This document shows positions 47,159 to 56,944 of a DNA stretch of 64,000 bases, one piece after another. The stretch spans positions 17,359-81,358 of the forward strand of contig JAURFP010000001.1 in assembly GCA_030834275.1 (NCBI GenBank), written 5' to 3'. Positions within the stretch are counted from its first letter, which is position 1. Each line of letters opens with the position of its first letter. A program made the position numbers and the translations under genes. The notes under the pieces are model-generated. The model saw only the letters and a list, made by a program, of their open reading frames with translations, did not search any database and had not been told where the DNA came from. Source of the stretch: Burkholderiales bacterium. GTDB taxonomy: Bacteria > Pseudomonadota > Gammaproteobacteria > Burkholderiales > Eutrophovitaceae.

Positions 47159-47890
47159 TTAGATAATTCGCCTCAGTGCGTTAAAAAATAATTCGGACTG
47201 AAGTCGCTCGCCGACCATTTCCTCACTCACTTTCTGAACAAGCGCTCGATCCACTGGAATTAGCGCTTTGCCTGTAGAACGAGCGAGGACTTCTAGTTCG
47301 CAAGAACGCTCAATGTAATACAAATCATCATATGCGTAATCCATACGATCGCTGCAGACGATCACACCATGATTTCCAAGAAATGCAATGTCTGCCCCCT
47401 TCATCGAACGTGCAATCCGCTCACCCTCTGACACATCAAGTGCAAGTCCATTGTACTGATCGTCAATAGCGATGCGACCATGAAATCTCATCGCAGTCTG
47501 CGATAGCGTCGTATCAAGCGCGCGAGCATCAGTCAAAGATAGTGCAGTCGCATTCGGCATATGCGTGTGTAATACACATATTTTTTTACAGATTCTATGT
47601 ACGGCGGAGTGGATATACATCGCAGTTGGTTCAACCGGATGTTTACCCGCCAACACTCCTCCATCAGCATCGACCAAGACGATGTCTTCCGCTTGCACCT
47701 CTTGCCAAAGAAGTCCGCGTGGATTTAACAGAAATCTACCAGACTGATCGGGAAGCTCGATACTAAAATGGTTGCATACTCCCTCCGCCAATCCGTGCAT
47801 AGAAGCTGCACGCAGAGCCAGCGCGAGATCACCTCGTAGTTTCGTTACAGCCTCAGAAAAATAATCTTGATCGTTATCACGGGCCCCCAT
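47159..47890 (-). CDS. Class II aldolase/adducin-head family protein (second paralog)
   Basis: 243 aa. Motifs: ...PTAMYIHSAVHRICKKICVLHTHMPNATALS...LGNHGVIVCS. Confidence 0.8.
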   Translation of the reverse strand: MGARDNDQDYFSEAVTKLRGDLALALRAASMHGLAEGVCNHFSIELPDQSGRFLLNPRGLLWQEVQAEDIVLVDADGGVLAGKHPVEPTAMYIHSAVHRICKKICVLHTHMPNATALSLTDARALDTTLSQTAMRFHGRIAIDDQYNGLALDVSEGERIARSMKGADIAFLGNHGVIVCSDRMDYAYDDLYYIERSCELEVLARSTGKALIPVDRALVQKVSEEMVGERLQSELFFNALRRII

Positions 47891-47961
47891 TTTCTTCCCC
47901 TTTGATATTTAGGTACATTCAGCGCTCGATAATCACATTTGATCCTTAAAGCATTGAAAAA

Positions 47962-48543
47962 TTAATGATTTTCAAACGCACTCAATTTTTTTGCCTCTTG
48001 GATCTGTAACTTCGTCATTTGGCTTTCGAGCAAACGGAGCATGTCTTCTGCTGCAAGCTCCCCTGCCACGAGCGCCCTTGAAAACCAAATATACGCCTTA
48101 ACCAAAAAGTGCGTATTACGATCAATGCCAACGTAATACCACTGGCCAAGCTCATAGAGCGCCCTTGGGTGTTCGGTTTTCGCTGCTCTCTCGCACCAAT
48201 AAAGGGATTCAAGTCTATTCTTCTGAACTCCTATCCCGTCTCGGTACATTAGGCACAACCAGTATTGCGCTTCAACGTGCCCCTTCTGCCCCGCCTTCTC
48301 ATACCACGCCACCGCTTGCGCAATATCTCGCTGCACTTGCTTCCCGTCGTGAAACGCGATTGCCAAGCAATACTGTGCTTCCGGCTCACCCTGGTTGGCA
48401 GACAATATCAAAGTTTCTATGCCATCTGCTAACTTGTAACGAATTTCACACCCATCAAAGTATTCTTGAGAGTAACCCGAAAATACTAGACATAACGATA
48501 AACAAATAACGATACCGAGCACATTTTTCCATTTCACTCTCAA
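47962..48543 (-). CDS. Secreted Sel1-repeat protein (second paralog)
   Basis: Signal peptide, then Sel1 units (EAQYCLAIAFHDGKQV, EAQYWLCLMYRDGIGV, RALYELGQWYYVG). Confidence 0.75.
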   Translation of the reverse strand: MRVKWKNVLGIVICLSLCLVFSGYSQEYFDGCEIRYKLADGIETLILSANQGEPEAQYCLAIAFHDGKQVQRDIAQAVAWYEKAGQKGHVEAQYWLCLMYRDGIGVQKNRLESLYWCERAAKTEHPRALYELGQWYYVGIDRNTHFLVKAYIWFSRALVAGELAAEDMLRLLESQMTKLQIQEAKKLSAFENH

Positions 48544-48557
48544 GGTTGTTACTCTAC

Positions 48558-49643
48558 TTAATCGAGGTAAGCATTGTCTCTCCAGATCGAAAACTGATTA
48601 CGAAATGCTTGAAGGTTTTCATACACACGCTTGAAATTAGGATTCTCGGCCATTTCATCACGCGCTACTTCATCCCAAGCAGATCGATAAGCAGCAATAA
48701 TCTCTGGAGACCAATAATGGATCTGAACCCCTTTTTGCTTCATACGATCAAGCGCAGCGGGTTGAGAGGCATCCCCCATAGCCAAACCATCTCTTACGCT
48801 ATCACCACACGCAACTTCAATAATCCTTTGATGTCTCGAAGAAAGACTGTTCCAAACATCAAGGTTGAAAAATACCCCATTAAAGGATGCTGGCTGATGC
48901 CACCCAGGAAAATAATAATGCTTCGCGACTTGATAAAACCCTACACTTTCATCGGTCGAGGGCATGGAATACTCCGTCGCATCGATCGTTCCAAGCTGTA
49001 GAGCGGGGAATGTATCTCCACCTGCAAGCAACTGAGTCGCCACACCTAGCCTGTCAAGTACTTTTGCTCCAAGGCCAAAAAATCTCATTTTCAAGCCGCG
49101 CAAATCCTCAACACTACGAATTTCTTTTTTGAACCAACCCGACGCTTCAGGCGGAATCATGTGACACGGAAGATATTTTATCTGTTGCCTGCCGTAGAGT
49201 TCGTCAGCTAGTTTTTGTCCATCGCCATAATAAAACCAAGCTAAGAATTCTGTGGGTGACGGACCAAAAGGAAGTGTTGTAAACACACTAAAGGTATTAT
49301 CTACACCAGCGTAATAACCTGAACTCGCCCACGCCATCTCAACAGAACCCTTTCCAGCAGCGGGAATTGCCTCCAACGCAGGTACAAGAGCATTGGGTTC
49401 AAAAAATTTTATATCAAGCGTACCTCCGGACAGCTCTCGCACCGTCTCGACCCATTGAACAGGAGCCTCACCAAGAATAGCCAACGAGGACGGAAAAGCG
49501 CTTGCCATCTTCAGTTTGACAACAGTCGGGCTATCGCTAGCTGGAGCATTTGACGCATCCGCTTGGTGCTCGACCTCCTTACCACACCCCATCTGCAAAG
49601 TAAGTGCCAATAAAAAAATTATCGAGCTCACTAAACGAAACAT
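48558..49643 (-). CDS. TRAP-transporter DctP-type periplasmic solute-binding protein (no DctQ/M partner in window)
   Basis: 361 aa with an N-terminal signal that may be a lipoprotein signal (LTLQMGC). The DctP-family pattern includes ...WFKKEIRSVEDLRGLKMRFFG...GTIDATEYSMP. An AGGAGAGG SD precedes the start. Confidence 0.75.
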   Translation of the reverse strand: MFRLVSSIIFLLALTLQMGCGKEVEHQADASNAPASDSPTVVKLKMASAFPSSLAILGEAPVQWVETVRELSGGTLDIKFFEPNALVPALEAIPAAGKGSVEMAWASSGYYAGVDNTFSVFTTLPFGPSPTEFLAWFYYGDGQKLADELYGRQQIKYLPCHMIPPEASGWFKKEIRSVEDLRGLKMRFFGLGAKVLDRLGVATQLLAGGDTFPALQLGTIDATEYSMPSTDESVGFYQVAKHYYFPGWHQPASFNGVFFNLDVWNSLSSRHQRIIEVACGDSVRDGLAMGDASQPAALDRMKQKGVQIHYWSPEIIAAYRSAWDEVARDEMAENPNFKRVYENLQAFRNQFSIWRDNAYLD

Positions 49644-49785
49644 ACCCTCTCCTTTCGCGCAAGACTTAAAGCAATATTCTCATGCAGCCGAACCTAGATC
49701 GAAACAATCAATTGAGATTAAAGTACACCAAACACACAAAAATCACTAATCTTCTTTGTTGTGAGTTCAGAGTAAAATTAAAATC

Positions 49786-50199
49786 ATGCAATATTCAAAA
49801 TTACTGATTAGCGGTTTACTCTATTTGTTCAGCCAACCTGTACTCGCAGAATGGCAGCAGCTAGACAGCAATGATCAGATGGTGATTTATCTTGACATAG
49901 ACAATATTGAATATATCGACCAAGATAGGCGGAAAATCCAAAACCTGGTTGATTTTTACTTACCACAGGTTGCCCATCCAAATGGAAGCCAGATAACCTT
50001 TCAGTCGTTTATCCGGAATATTGAAGTAAATTGTGGCACTCACCGACAAAAAACTCTCGATATTGTTTTTTATAAACATACCAATGCGAGAGGCGAAGAA
50101 GTTTATCGATCGCAGATAAATGCAGATTGGAGTGAAATACCAAGAAGTGCGGGAAACGCATTGTTGGTGGATTTAGCCTGCGCCCCGCGAACGATTTGA
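49786..50199 (+). CDS. Small secreted hypothetical protein (possibly adhesin-E-like fold)
   Basis: 137 aa with signal peptide MQYSKLLISGLLYLFSQPVLA. The pattern W..L......IYLD..NIEY...........C fits my recollection of the adhesin-E-like family only loosely. Confidence 0.5.
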   Translation: MQYSKLLISGLLYLFSQPVLAEWQQLDSNDQMVIYLDIDNIEYIDQDRRKIQNLVDFYLPQVAHPNGSQITFQSFIRNIEVNCGTHRQKTLDIVFYKHTNARGEEVYRSQINADWSEIPRSAGNALLVDLACAPRTI

Positions 50200-50222
50200 T
50201 CTTCGGACGGGCTCCAAACTAA

Positions 50223-51695
50223 TTAGCTTAGAAAAATCCAAACTAAGAGCGTGTAAGACACCATCGTGATCAGCACAACGCTGATCAAATTTAGAACAAA
50301 TCCAACCTTGACCATATCCGTTACGCCAACTCGCCCGGACGAAAATATGATCGTGTTCGGAGGAGTAGCAACGGGCAACATGAACGCACAACTTGCCGCA
50401 AGTGCTGCGGGTACTGTCAATAACAATGGGTCTTTCCCAAGCGTTATCGCCAATGCACTTACAATCGGCAGAAAGGTTGCGGTGGTCGCGGTGTTTGACG
50501 TGATCTCTGTTAATAGGACAAGAAGCACAATCATCGATATCACAATTACGATATGCGGCATTTGCTCAAGGACGGAGAGCTTGACTCCAATCCACGTTGC
50601 CAATCCAGATGAGTCAATCAACCCTGCTAAAGCAAAACCTCCACCAAAAAGCAGAAGGATTCCAAACGGTAATTTCTTACCCCACTCCCAGTCCATTAAA
50701 AACTTTCCACGTCGCCAATCCACAGGGCATAGAAATAACGATAAACCGATTAGCATCGCTACAGTAGTATCGGTCAGACCTAAGTTTGGAAAATGTGAAG
50801 CCAACCACGGCCTGAATACCCAACCAATCACCAACAACAAAAAGAATATGGCGGTTAATTTTTCTCCAGTGCACATGGGACCAAGATCTTTGGATAGAGC
50901 TCCTATGCGGTCGCGAATCTCCGGATTGCTATCACTTCCAATGCGGAACAAAACTTTCGTTAACAGAAGCCAGATGAAACCCAAAAGAACAATAGACAGC
51001 GGCAAAGCCATCACTATCCAATCTGAAAATCCGATATCAATCCCATGCGTTTGTTTTAGAAAGCCAGCTAAAAAGGCATTCGGCGGAGTTCCAACGAGCG
51101 TTGCCATTCCACCAGCGGATGCCCCGTACGCAATGGAGAGCAATAATGCGCACGAAAACTTATAGGATGACTGGGCGCTACCTGAGTGACTCCTTTCAAC
51201 AATATCAATAATTGAAAGAGCAATAGGTATCATCATTAGCGTAGTTGCAGTATTGGAAATCCACATACTCAAGAACGCCGTAACGGCAGCAAACCCTCCC
51301 ACAAGACGATTCAACTTACTACCGAAAGTTTTTAGCACAACGAGAGCAATTCGCTCATGGAGGCGCCATTTCTCCATTGCAAGAGCAACTAAGAACCCAC
51401 CAACGAATAAAAAAATAATCGGATGGGAATAAGAAACGGTAATTTCCTTCAGCGGAGCCACTCCCAGCATTGGAATAATCGGCAGCGGCAGCATTGCCGT
51501 GATCGGTAGTGGTAAAGCCTCTGTTATCCAAAAGACTGCCATCAGCAAAGCTACCCCAGCGACCAGCCAAGCCTCGCGAGACAAATCGCTTGGGTGAGGT
51601 GTAGACAAAAACAGAATGAATAGCCCCAGCCCAACAACAAGTCCAATAACTTTTGCTAGTTTTCGGTCATCACTTTTTTCAACTTGCATGGTCAT
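50223..51695 (-). CDS. DASS/SLC13-family sodium-coupled anion (di/tricarboxylate or sulfate) symporter
   Basis: About 490 aa and highly hydrophobic. It carries the SNTATT motif twice (WISNTATTLM, ITSNTATTATF). ATG 51695 is preceded by AGGAA. The ORF track starts at TTG 51710. Confidence 0.8.
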   Translation of the reverse strand: MTMQVEKSDDRKLAKVIGLVVGLGLFILFLSTPHPSDLSREAWLVAGVALLMAVFWITEALPLPITAMLPLPIIPMLGVAPLKEITVSYSHPIIFLFVGGFLVALAMEKWRLHERIALVVLKTFGSKLNRLVGGFAAVTAFLSMWISNTATTLMMIPIALSIIDIVERSHSGSAQSSYKFSCALLLSIAYGASAGGMATLVGTPPNAFLAGFLKQTHGIDIGFSDWIVMALPLSIVLLGFIWLLLTKVLFRIGSDSNPEIRDRIGALSKDLGPMCTGEKLTAIFFLLLVIGWVFRPWLASHFPNLGLTDTTVAMLIGLSLFLCPVDWRRGKFLMDWEWGKKLPFGILLLFGGGFALAGLIDSSGLATWIGVKLSVLEQMPHIVIVISMIVLLVLLTEITSNTATTATFLPIVSALAITLGKDPLLLTVPAALAASCAFMLPVATPPNTIIFSSGRVGVTDMVKVGFVLNLISVVLITMVSYTLLVWIFLS

Positions 51696-51710
51696 TGAAA
51701 TTCCTATCAA

Positions 51711-53120
51711 TTAGGGGATTGGAGTTTTATTTTTCCAAGGCAAAGCACACTCGAATTTGTAAGCTAGCTGCAATACTGCCAAGTCGGCATTTTTCTTGGA
51801 GATAATTTGAAGACCAATTGGCAAACCATTTTCACTGAAACCACATGGACATGTTGCTGCCGGTAACCAAGTGAGATTAAAGGGATAACAGAATCCTGCC
51901 CAAGAGAACCAATCCCACGGATGTTGCTCCCAATGCTCTGGCATCAGTTTTTCAACCGGGAAGGCGCTCACTGATAGAGTTGGTGTAACGAGATAGTCAT
52001 AATTCTCAAAATAAAGTCTCACACGCTCGTAGTAAGCGTGTCGCTCTCCCTGCGCCCGTGCATAATCCTCAGCGGTGTACTGCTTTGCATGTTCAATTAG
52101 TGCGACCAAACCTGGATCCATCTGATCTCGATTGGAGTCCACGTAGCCCCCATACATCATGGCTGCAGTGACAGAAAATAAACAGTGCTGTATCGCTGCC
52201 GGATCACCCCAATCTAGATGAACCTCTTCGACCGAGCCACATAGACCAGAGAAAACCGAAACCGCCGACTCAAAAACTTTCTCTACTTCTGAATCCAACT
52301 TGAGATAGCCCAGATTTCGACTAAATCCAATTTTCACTTCGCTTAAATCGACGTCCAAGTTATCCAAAAAATTTGGGGCAGGATCTGAGAGACTTGTCAT
52401 GTCTCGATCATCAGGCCCCGATATTGCCTGCAACATTAAGGCGGCATCAGATACCGTACGACTTATAGGACCAACGTGCGAGATCAAGCCGTTAATAGGC
52501 ATCGGAAAATATGGCACTCGCCCGTGCGAGGGTTTCATACCAAATACTCCACAAAATGCAGCTGGCATCCTAATCGACCCCGCCCCATCAGATCCTTGAT
52601 GAATCGGACCTATCCCTGCCGCTGCACACACCGCAGCTCCTGCACTCGAGGCGCCTGCATTTAAACCATGCCCCCATGGGTTGTGCGTGACTCCAGTCAG
52701 CGGACTTCTGCTCACACCAGACCAACCAAACTCTGAAGTCGTGGTCTTACCTATTGAAATCATCCCTGCATCACGCATTCTGGAGACATGCAAATGATCA
52801 ATAGAGGGGACTCGATCTTTGAATACGATCGAACCCGCCATTGTCTTTACCCCCTTAGTCAGCGCAAGATCCTTTACTGTAGTCGGGATACCAATCAGTG
52901 GTGGAAGGTCTCCCCCACGCATAATTCTTTTCTCTGCAAGTTTTGCCTCTTCGAGAGCTTTTTCATAAGTAGGCGTACAGATCGCATTGAGGGAAGGGTT
53001 CAGGGACTCGGCACGAACAACCGTATCCCGCATAAATTCAAACGGTGATAACGAGCGACTTTTAAACTGCGCCAAAAGCTCGATTGCCGAGAAGTAGTGC
53101 TGAGAAACATTAGCGGGCAT
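51711..53120 (-). CDS. Amidase-signature family amidase
   Basis: 469 aa. Motifs: GSDGAGSIRMPAAFCGVFGMKPSHGRV and a Gly/Ser-rich signature (NAGASSAGAAV). Confidence 0.85.
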   Translation of the reverse strand: MPANVSQHYFSAIELLAQFKSRSLSPFEFMRDTVVRAESLNPSLNAICTPTYEKALEEAKLAEKRIMRGGDLPPLIGIPTTVKDLALTKGVKTMAGSIVFKDRVPSIDHLHVSRMRDAGMISIGKTTTSEFGWSGVSRSPLTGVTHNPWGHGLNAGASSAGAAVCAAAGIGPIHQGSDGAGSIRMPAAFCGVFGMKPSHGRVPYFPMPINGLISHVGPISRTVSDAALMLQAISGPDDRDMTSLSDPAPNFLDNLDVDLSEVKIGFSRNLGYLKLDSEVEKVFESAVSVFSGLCGSVEEVHLDWGDPAAIQHCLFSVTAAMMYGGYVDSNRDQMDPGLVALIEHAKQYTAEDYARAQGERHAYYERVRLYFENYDYLVTPTLSVSAFPVEKLMPEHWEQHPWDWFSWAGFCYPFNLTWLPAATCPCGFSENGLPIGLQIISKKNADLAVLQLAYKFECALPWKNKTPIP

Positions 53121-53164
53121 ACCTTACCAACAGTTATCAACTCTCAGTCATTGATATCAATAGC

Positions 53165-53581
53165 CTAAGCGCATTTTTTTAAAAAAAACTCTGCAACTGC
53201 TTCGGTGATGATCTGATCCTCTGCTGGCTTAAGCCCACTAACGCCAACTGCACCGAGTACTTTTCCATCTTTCGCTTGGAGTAGGTTTCCTCCAGGAAGT
53301 GCCGTCATCAATGGGTCACAAAAATAACTGATGTCTATATTGTCGTTCCGCAATCGCTCGAGAAAGGCGTCTGTCGACATTCCCATCCGCGTCGCGGTGT
53401 GCGCTTTTTGTTGTGATATTGCGATACTACGAATCGGCGCATTATCCATTCGAGAAAATGCCATTTGAAAACCGTAAGCATCACAAACCGACACACAAAT
53501 CGGTCGACCGAATTCAACTTGTGCCTTCTCAACTGCAAAATTTGTACACTCCTGCGCCAAACTCAACGTTAGATCACTCAT
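53165..53581 (-). CDS. GlcG/HbpS-like (DUF336) haem-binding-family protein
   Basis: Motif: ...ALPGGNLLQAKDGKVLGAVGVSGLKPAEDQ... Start ATG 53581 has a GGAG SD. Confidence 0.7.
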   Translation of the reverse strand: MSDLTLSLAQECTNFAVEKAQVEFGRPICVSVCDAYGFQMAFSRMDNAPIRSIAISQQKAHTATRMGMSTDAFLERLRNDNIDISYFCDPLMTALPGGNLLQAKDGKVLGAVGVSGLKPAEDQIITEAVAEFFLKKCA

Positions 53582-53615
53582 ACATAACTCCAAATTTAAA
53601 AATTACATGTTACTC

Positions 53616-54110
53616 CTAATCGTCAGTGAGCCCTCGGTCGCCATAAGAGCTCGCAGGCCCCGAACCTGACTCACCCAACCTGCCACCTCTGCCGAAATGT
53701 CCCTTACCAGGTACGAAATTAACCTCTACCCTAATTCCATCAGGATCTTCGAATAAAACGGAGTAATATCCCGGTGCAAATTTGTCGCCCTCTTCACCAG
53801 CGTGAACTAGCGTCGCATGCTGGTGTTCCTCGACAAATCTTGAAACCTTGTTAACGTCTTCTATGGATCGCGCCCTGAAACATATGTGGTGAAGTCCACT
53901 CGTGTCTTGATCAAATCTCCGCTCACGCTTATCGGGCGGCGCGAGTCTTACAAGTACCCCCGTTTTGCCGCCAATCCTGTAGTGCACATCTTCGCCATCA
54001 ATGAGCGTGCTCATATTAAAAAAATTGAGTAACTCTCTCCAGAAAAGAAGGCTGGTTTTTTTCGAAACAGTTAACTGGACATGGGCTATTCCATTGATAT
54101 CGATGCTCAC
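53616..54110 (-). CDS. VOC (glyoxalase/bleomycin-resistance/dioxygenase) family protein
   Basis: 164 aa. GIAHVQLTV...LHHICFRA...VLFEDPDGIRVEV follows the paired beta-alpha-beta-beta-beta pattern. Confidence 0.7.
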   Translation of the reverse strand: MSIDINGIAHVQLTVSKKTSLLFWRELLNFFNMSTLIDGEDVHYRIGGKTGVLVRLAPPDKRERRFDQDTSGLHHICFRARSIEDVNKVSRFVEEHQHATLVHAGEEGDKFAPGYYSVLFEDPDGIRVEVNFVPGKGHFGRGGRLGESGSGPASSYGDRGLTDD

Positions 54111-54216
54111 AGTTGCAACCTCATGAAATGATTCTATGAATTTAATTTACTACTGGTAGTTATCCGCAAAAATTAGTATTCTACTTTCACACTATAACCA
54201 TGATTACAAAATCATT

Positions 54217-55794
54217 ATGATCTTTACCAGCCCCCACCCGAATGTTACTGACCCAAAACAATCGGTCTATCAATACGTTTTAGGCGATATCAGCGGTTTC
54301 GCTGAAAAAACCGCGATTATCAACTCGACAAACGATGAAAGAATTTCCTATGCAGAACTAAAAACACTCGTCGAGAAACTGGCGTTTGGCCTACAAGAGA
54401 AAGGGCTAAAAAAGGGTGATGTAATAGCAATTTACAGCCCGAATGTCCCTGAGTATGTAATGCTATTTTTAGCGGTAGCTAAGCTGGGAGCTATTTGCAC
54501 GACCGCGAACCCACTGTACACCGCGAATGAGCTCTCCAAGCAGTTACAAGACTCCAATGCAAAATTCTTAGTTACGGTCCCAAACTTCTTGGAAAAAGCA
54601 AAAGAGGCGGCAAACTCATCAAACATTGAAGAGATTTTTGTAATCGGATCGAATGACGTGGAAACACCTTTTGATAATTTACTAGCACTAGAGGGAAAAG
54701 TTGTAGACCCGTCACTCGATTACGAAAATGATGTGTGTGTCCTCCCCTACTCCAGCGGAACAACTGGGCTACCTAAAGGGGTCATGCTCACCCACAAGAA
54801 TCTCGTAATAAATATGTGCCAAACGCGCGGGATGAGCAGTTTTAACTCTATTGATCACGATGACACCGTACTAGGGGTACTGCCTTTTTTTCATATTTAC
54901 GGGATGGTCGTAATCATGCTCTATACGCTCTCTCGGGGCGCTACCCTCTTGGTGATGCCGAAATTTGATATGGAAAACTTCTTAAGTTCGGTTACAAAAT
55001 ATAAAGTGACGAAAGCGCCTCTCGTCCCACCCATTATCCTGGGATTAGCGAAACACCCGCTAGTTGATTCATTTGATCTTTCTAGTCTTAAATTAATAAT
55101 GTCAGGTGCCGCCCCTCTGGCCGAGAGTACGGCAAAAGAGGCAGCGGACAGAGTAGGCTGCCAAATTGCACAAGGGTATGGGATGACCGAGGCCAGTCCT
55201 GTAACGCACTTGATGCCCACAAATTTGGGAGCCCATAAGGTTGGATCACTCGGGTTACCGATCCCAAATACCGAAGTGATCATAGTGGACCCGGAAACCG
55301 GGAATCGATTAGGAAAAAATCAAAATGGAGAAATCTGGATTCGCGGACCTCAGATTATGAAAGGCTATCTCAATCGGTCAGATGCAACGGCAGAAAGTAT
55401 CGATGAGGAGGGTTGGTATCACACGGGGGATATTGGATACGCAGATGAAGAGGGGTTTTTCTACGCTGTCGACCGAATGAAGGAACTAATCAAATACAAG
55501 GGAATGCAAGTCGCACCCGCGGAGCTTGAGGCACTATTACTAACCCATCAATCCGTGGTAGATGCTGCAGTCATTCCAGTCCAAGATGAGGAAGCCGGTG
55601 AACTACCAAAAGGCTTCATTGTACTTCGTGACGGACGAGTAGAGTCCGCCGAATCAATCATGCAATTCGTAGCAGAGCGAGTTGCACCTCACAAAAAAAT
55701 ACGGATCGTTGAATTTGTAAACCAAATTCCAAAATCCGCCTCAGGGAAAATTCTACGTAGACTGCTGATTGAGCAAGAACGGTCAAAGGCCTAA
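54217..55794 (+). CDS. AMP-dependent acyl-CoA synthetase/ligase (4-coumarate-CoA-ligase-like)
   Basis: 525 aa. Motifs: YSSGTTGLPKGVMLTH, GYGMTE, YHTGDIG, and a C-terminal SASGKILRR. Confidence 0.85.
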   Translation: MIFTSPHPNVTDPKQSVYQYVLGDISGFAEKTAIINSTNDERISYAELKTLVEKLAFGLQEKGLKKGDVIAIYSPNVPEYVMLFLAVAKLGAICTTANPLYTANELSKQLQDSNAKFLVTVPNFLEKAKEAANSSNIEEIFVIGSNDVETPFDNLLALEGKVVDPSLDYENDVCVLPYSSGTTGLPKGVMLTHKNLVINMCQTRGMSSFNSIDHDDTVLGVLPFFHIYGMVVIMLYTLSRGATLLVMPKFDMENFLSSVTKYKVTKAPLVPPIILGLAKHPLVDSFDLSSLKLIMSGAAPLAESTAKEAADRVGCQIAQGYGMTEASPVTHLMPTNLGAHKVGSLGLPIPNTEVIIVDPETGNRLGKNQNGEIWIRGPQIMKGYLNRSDATAESIDEEGWYHTGDIGYADEEGFFYAVDRMKELIKYKGMQVAPAELEALLLTHQSVVDAAVIPVQDEEAGELPKGFIVLRDGRVESAESIMQFVAERVAPHKKIRIVEFVNQIPKSASGKILRRLLIEQERSKA

Positions 55795-55800
55795 CCATTA

Positions 55801-55833
55801 TTGGTCATGGGTCGTAAAACTCCCCATGACCAA
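55801..55833. terminator. Perfect 11-bp hairpin between convergent genes (non-canonical terminator, no U-tract)
   Basis: TTGGTCATGGG-N11-CCCATGACCAA, 7 nt after the ligase stop and 13 nt before the NIPSNAP stop. Confidence 0.45.
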
Positions 55834-55845
55834 CCAAATCTCGAT

Positions 55846-56178
55846 CTAACCGACTCGTTTGGGCTCCGCAAAAAAAGTAACGGGCGTCATTAGCTTGTTC
55901 TCCTGGCTCTCCAGGGCCCCCAATTTTGCACTCTCCTGTGTGTAAGCGATCCAATCAGGATCCGCCCACATTGCCGCACGCTTTTGCTCCCGATCCCCAG
56001 CGCTCTCGTAAATCCAGATGTGCACATATTCATTGGGGTTACCCGTTTCACACTGCATGTATGCCATGGGTTGCCCCAAGTGTTTCGTTTGAGCAGGCTT
56101 TCCCAACTTCTCATAAAGCGCCAGATGCTTCTTGATCGTTCCTGGTCGGCACCGATAGGTTCTCACATCAACTAACAT
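55846..56178 (-). CDS. NIPSNAP-family protein
   Basis: 110 aa. MLVDVRTYRCRPGTIKKHLALYE...YVHIWIYES is typical of the NIPSNAP domain. Confidence 0.7.
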   Translation of the reverse strand: MLVDVRTYRCRPGTIKKHLALYEKLGKPAQTKHLGQPMAYMQCETGNPNEYVHIWIYESAGDREQKRAAMWADPDWIAYTQESAKLGALESQENKLMTPVTFFAEPKRVG

Positions 56179-56201
56179 GGATTGTCCCCCCTACAAAAAA
56201 A

Positions 56202-56879
56202 TTATTTCATAACTTCTATTAGCTCAACCTGGAAAATAAGCGTCGCTCCAGGACCAATTTTAGGTGGTGCGCCCCTGTCTCCGTAGGCAGTATCCGCTGG
56301 ACAAACAAGTTTTGCCTTAGAGCCCGCTTTAAGTTTCTGTAAACCTTCGGTCCAACACGGAATGACCCCACCCAGCGGAAAACTAGCTGGCGCTCCTCGA
56401 CTTAAAGAGCTATCGAAAACTGTCCCATCTACTAGACTACCTTCATAGTGCACCTTGACATTATCACTGGCAGTAGGTGTCTCACCGGTCCCCTCCTCGG
56501 TGATCTCAACAAGCGCACCAGAGGCGGTCTTAATCACTCCGGCTTTCGATGCAAACTCCTCCAAAAATGCCTTACCCTTCTCTGCAGACTGCTGTGCCAC
56601 TACAGCTGCGCGCTCCTGTGAAAGTTGCGTTATTTTGGCTCCATACTCTTCTAATGTGATTTCCCCGTTTTTATCAGCCATCCCATCCCTGATACCCTTA
56701 ACCACATAATCAATCTCGCTTTGATCCAAGCCAAAGCTTTTTAACTGCTGACTAATTGCAACCCCAATAGCATAAATCGTTTTTTGTTCTTCATTCTCAA
56801 GCTTCACATCAGCTGTTTCGGCACTTTTTGAGCATGCAGTCGAGAGTAAAGCTATCAGTAGTACTGGTATGAGACGCAT
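56202..56879 (-). CDS. FKBP-type peptidyl-prolyl cis-trans isomerase, exported (probable lipoprotein)
   Basis: Signal ending LLSTAC, an N-terminal dimerisation helix region, and a C-terminal FKBP domain (VHYEGSLVDGTVFDSS...LIFQVELIEV). Confidence 0.85.
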   Translation of the reverse strand: MRLIPVLLIALLSTACSKSAETADVKLENEEQKTIYAIGVAISQQLKSFGLDQSEIDYVVKGIRDGMADKNGEITLEEYGAKITQLSQERAAVVAQQSAEKGKAFLEEFASKAGVIKTASGALVEITEEGTGETPTASDNVKVHYEGSLVDGTVFDSSLSRGAPASFPLGGVIPCWTEGLQKLKAGSKAKLVCPADTAYGDRGAPPKIGPGATLIFQVELIEVMK

Positions 56880-56944
56880 AGAGCTTCCTTAGGTTTGTGT
56901 CTAAAAAGAAAGGTACGTTACTACAAAATACGGTTTTATTTTTT

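Noticed and set aside
50266-51165. A 299-aa plus-strand ORF, plus many other ORFs of 60-178 aa (for example 33992-34528, 2587-3000, 6251-6712, 17726-18148, 28723-29097).
   Set aside because: All lie antisense to, or out of frame within, strongly supported genes. They have low-complexity or biased composition and no SD or family motif, so they are shadow ORFs.
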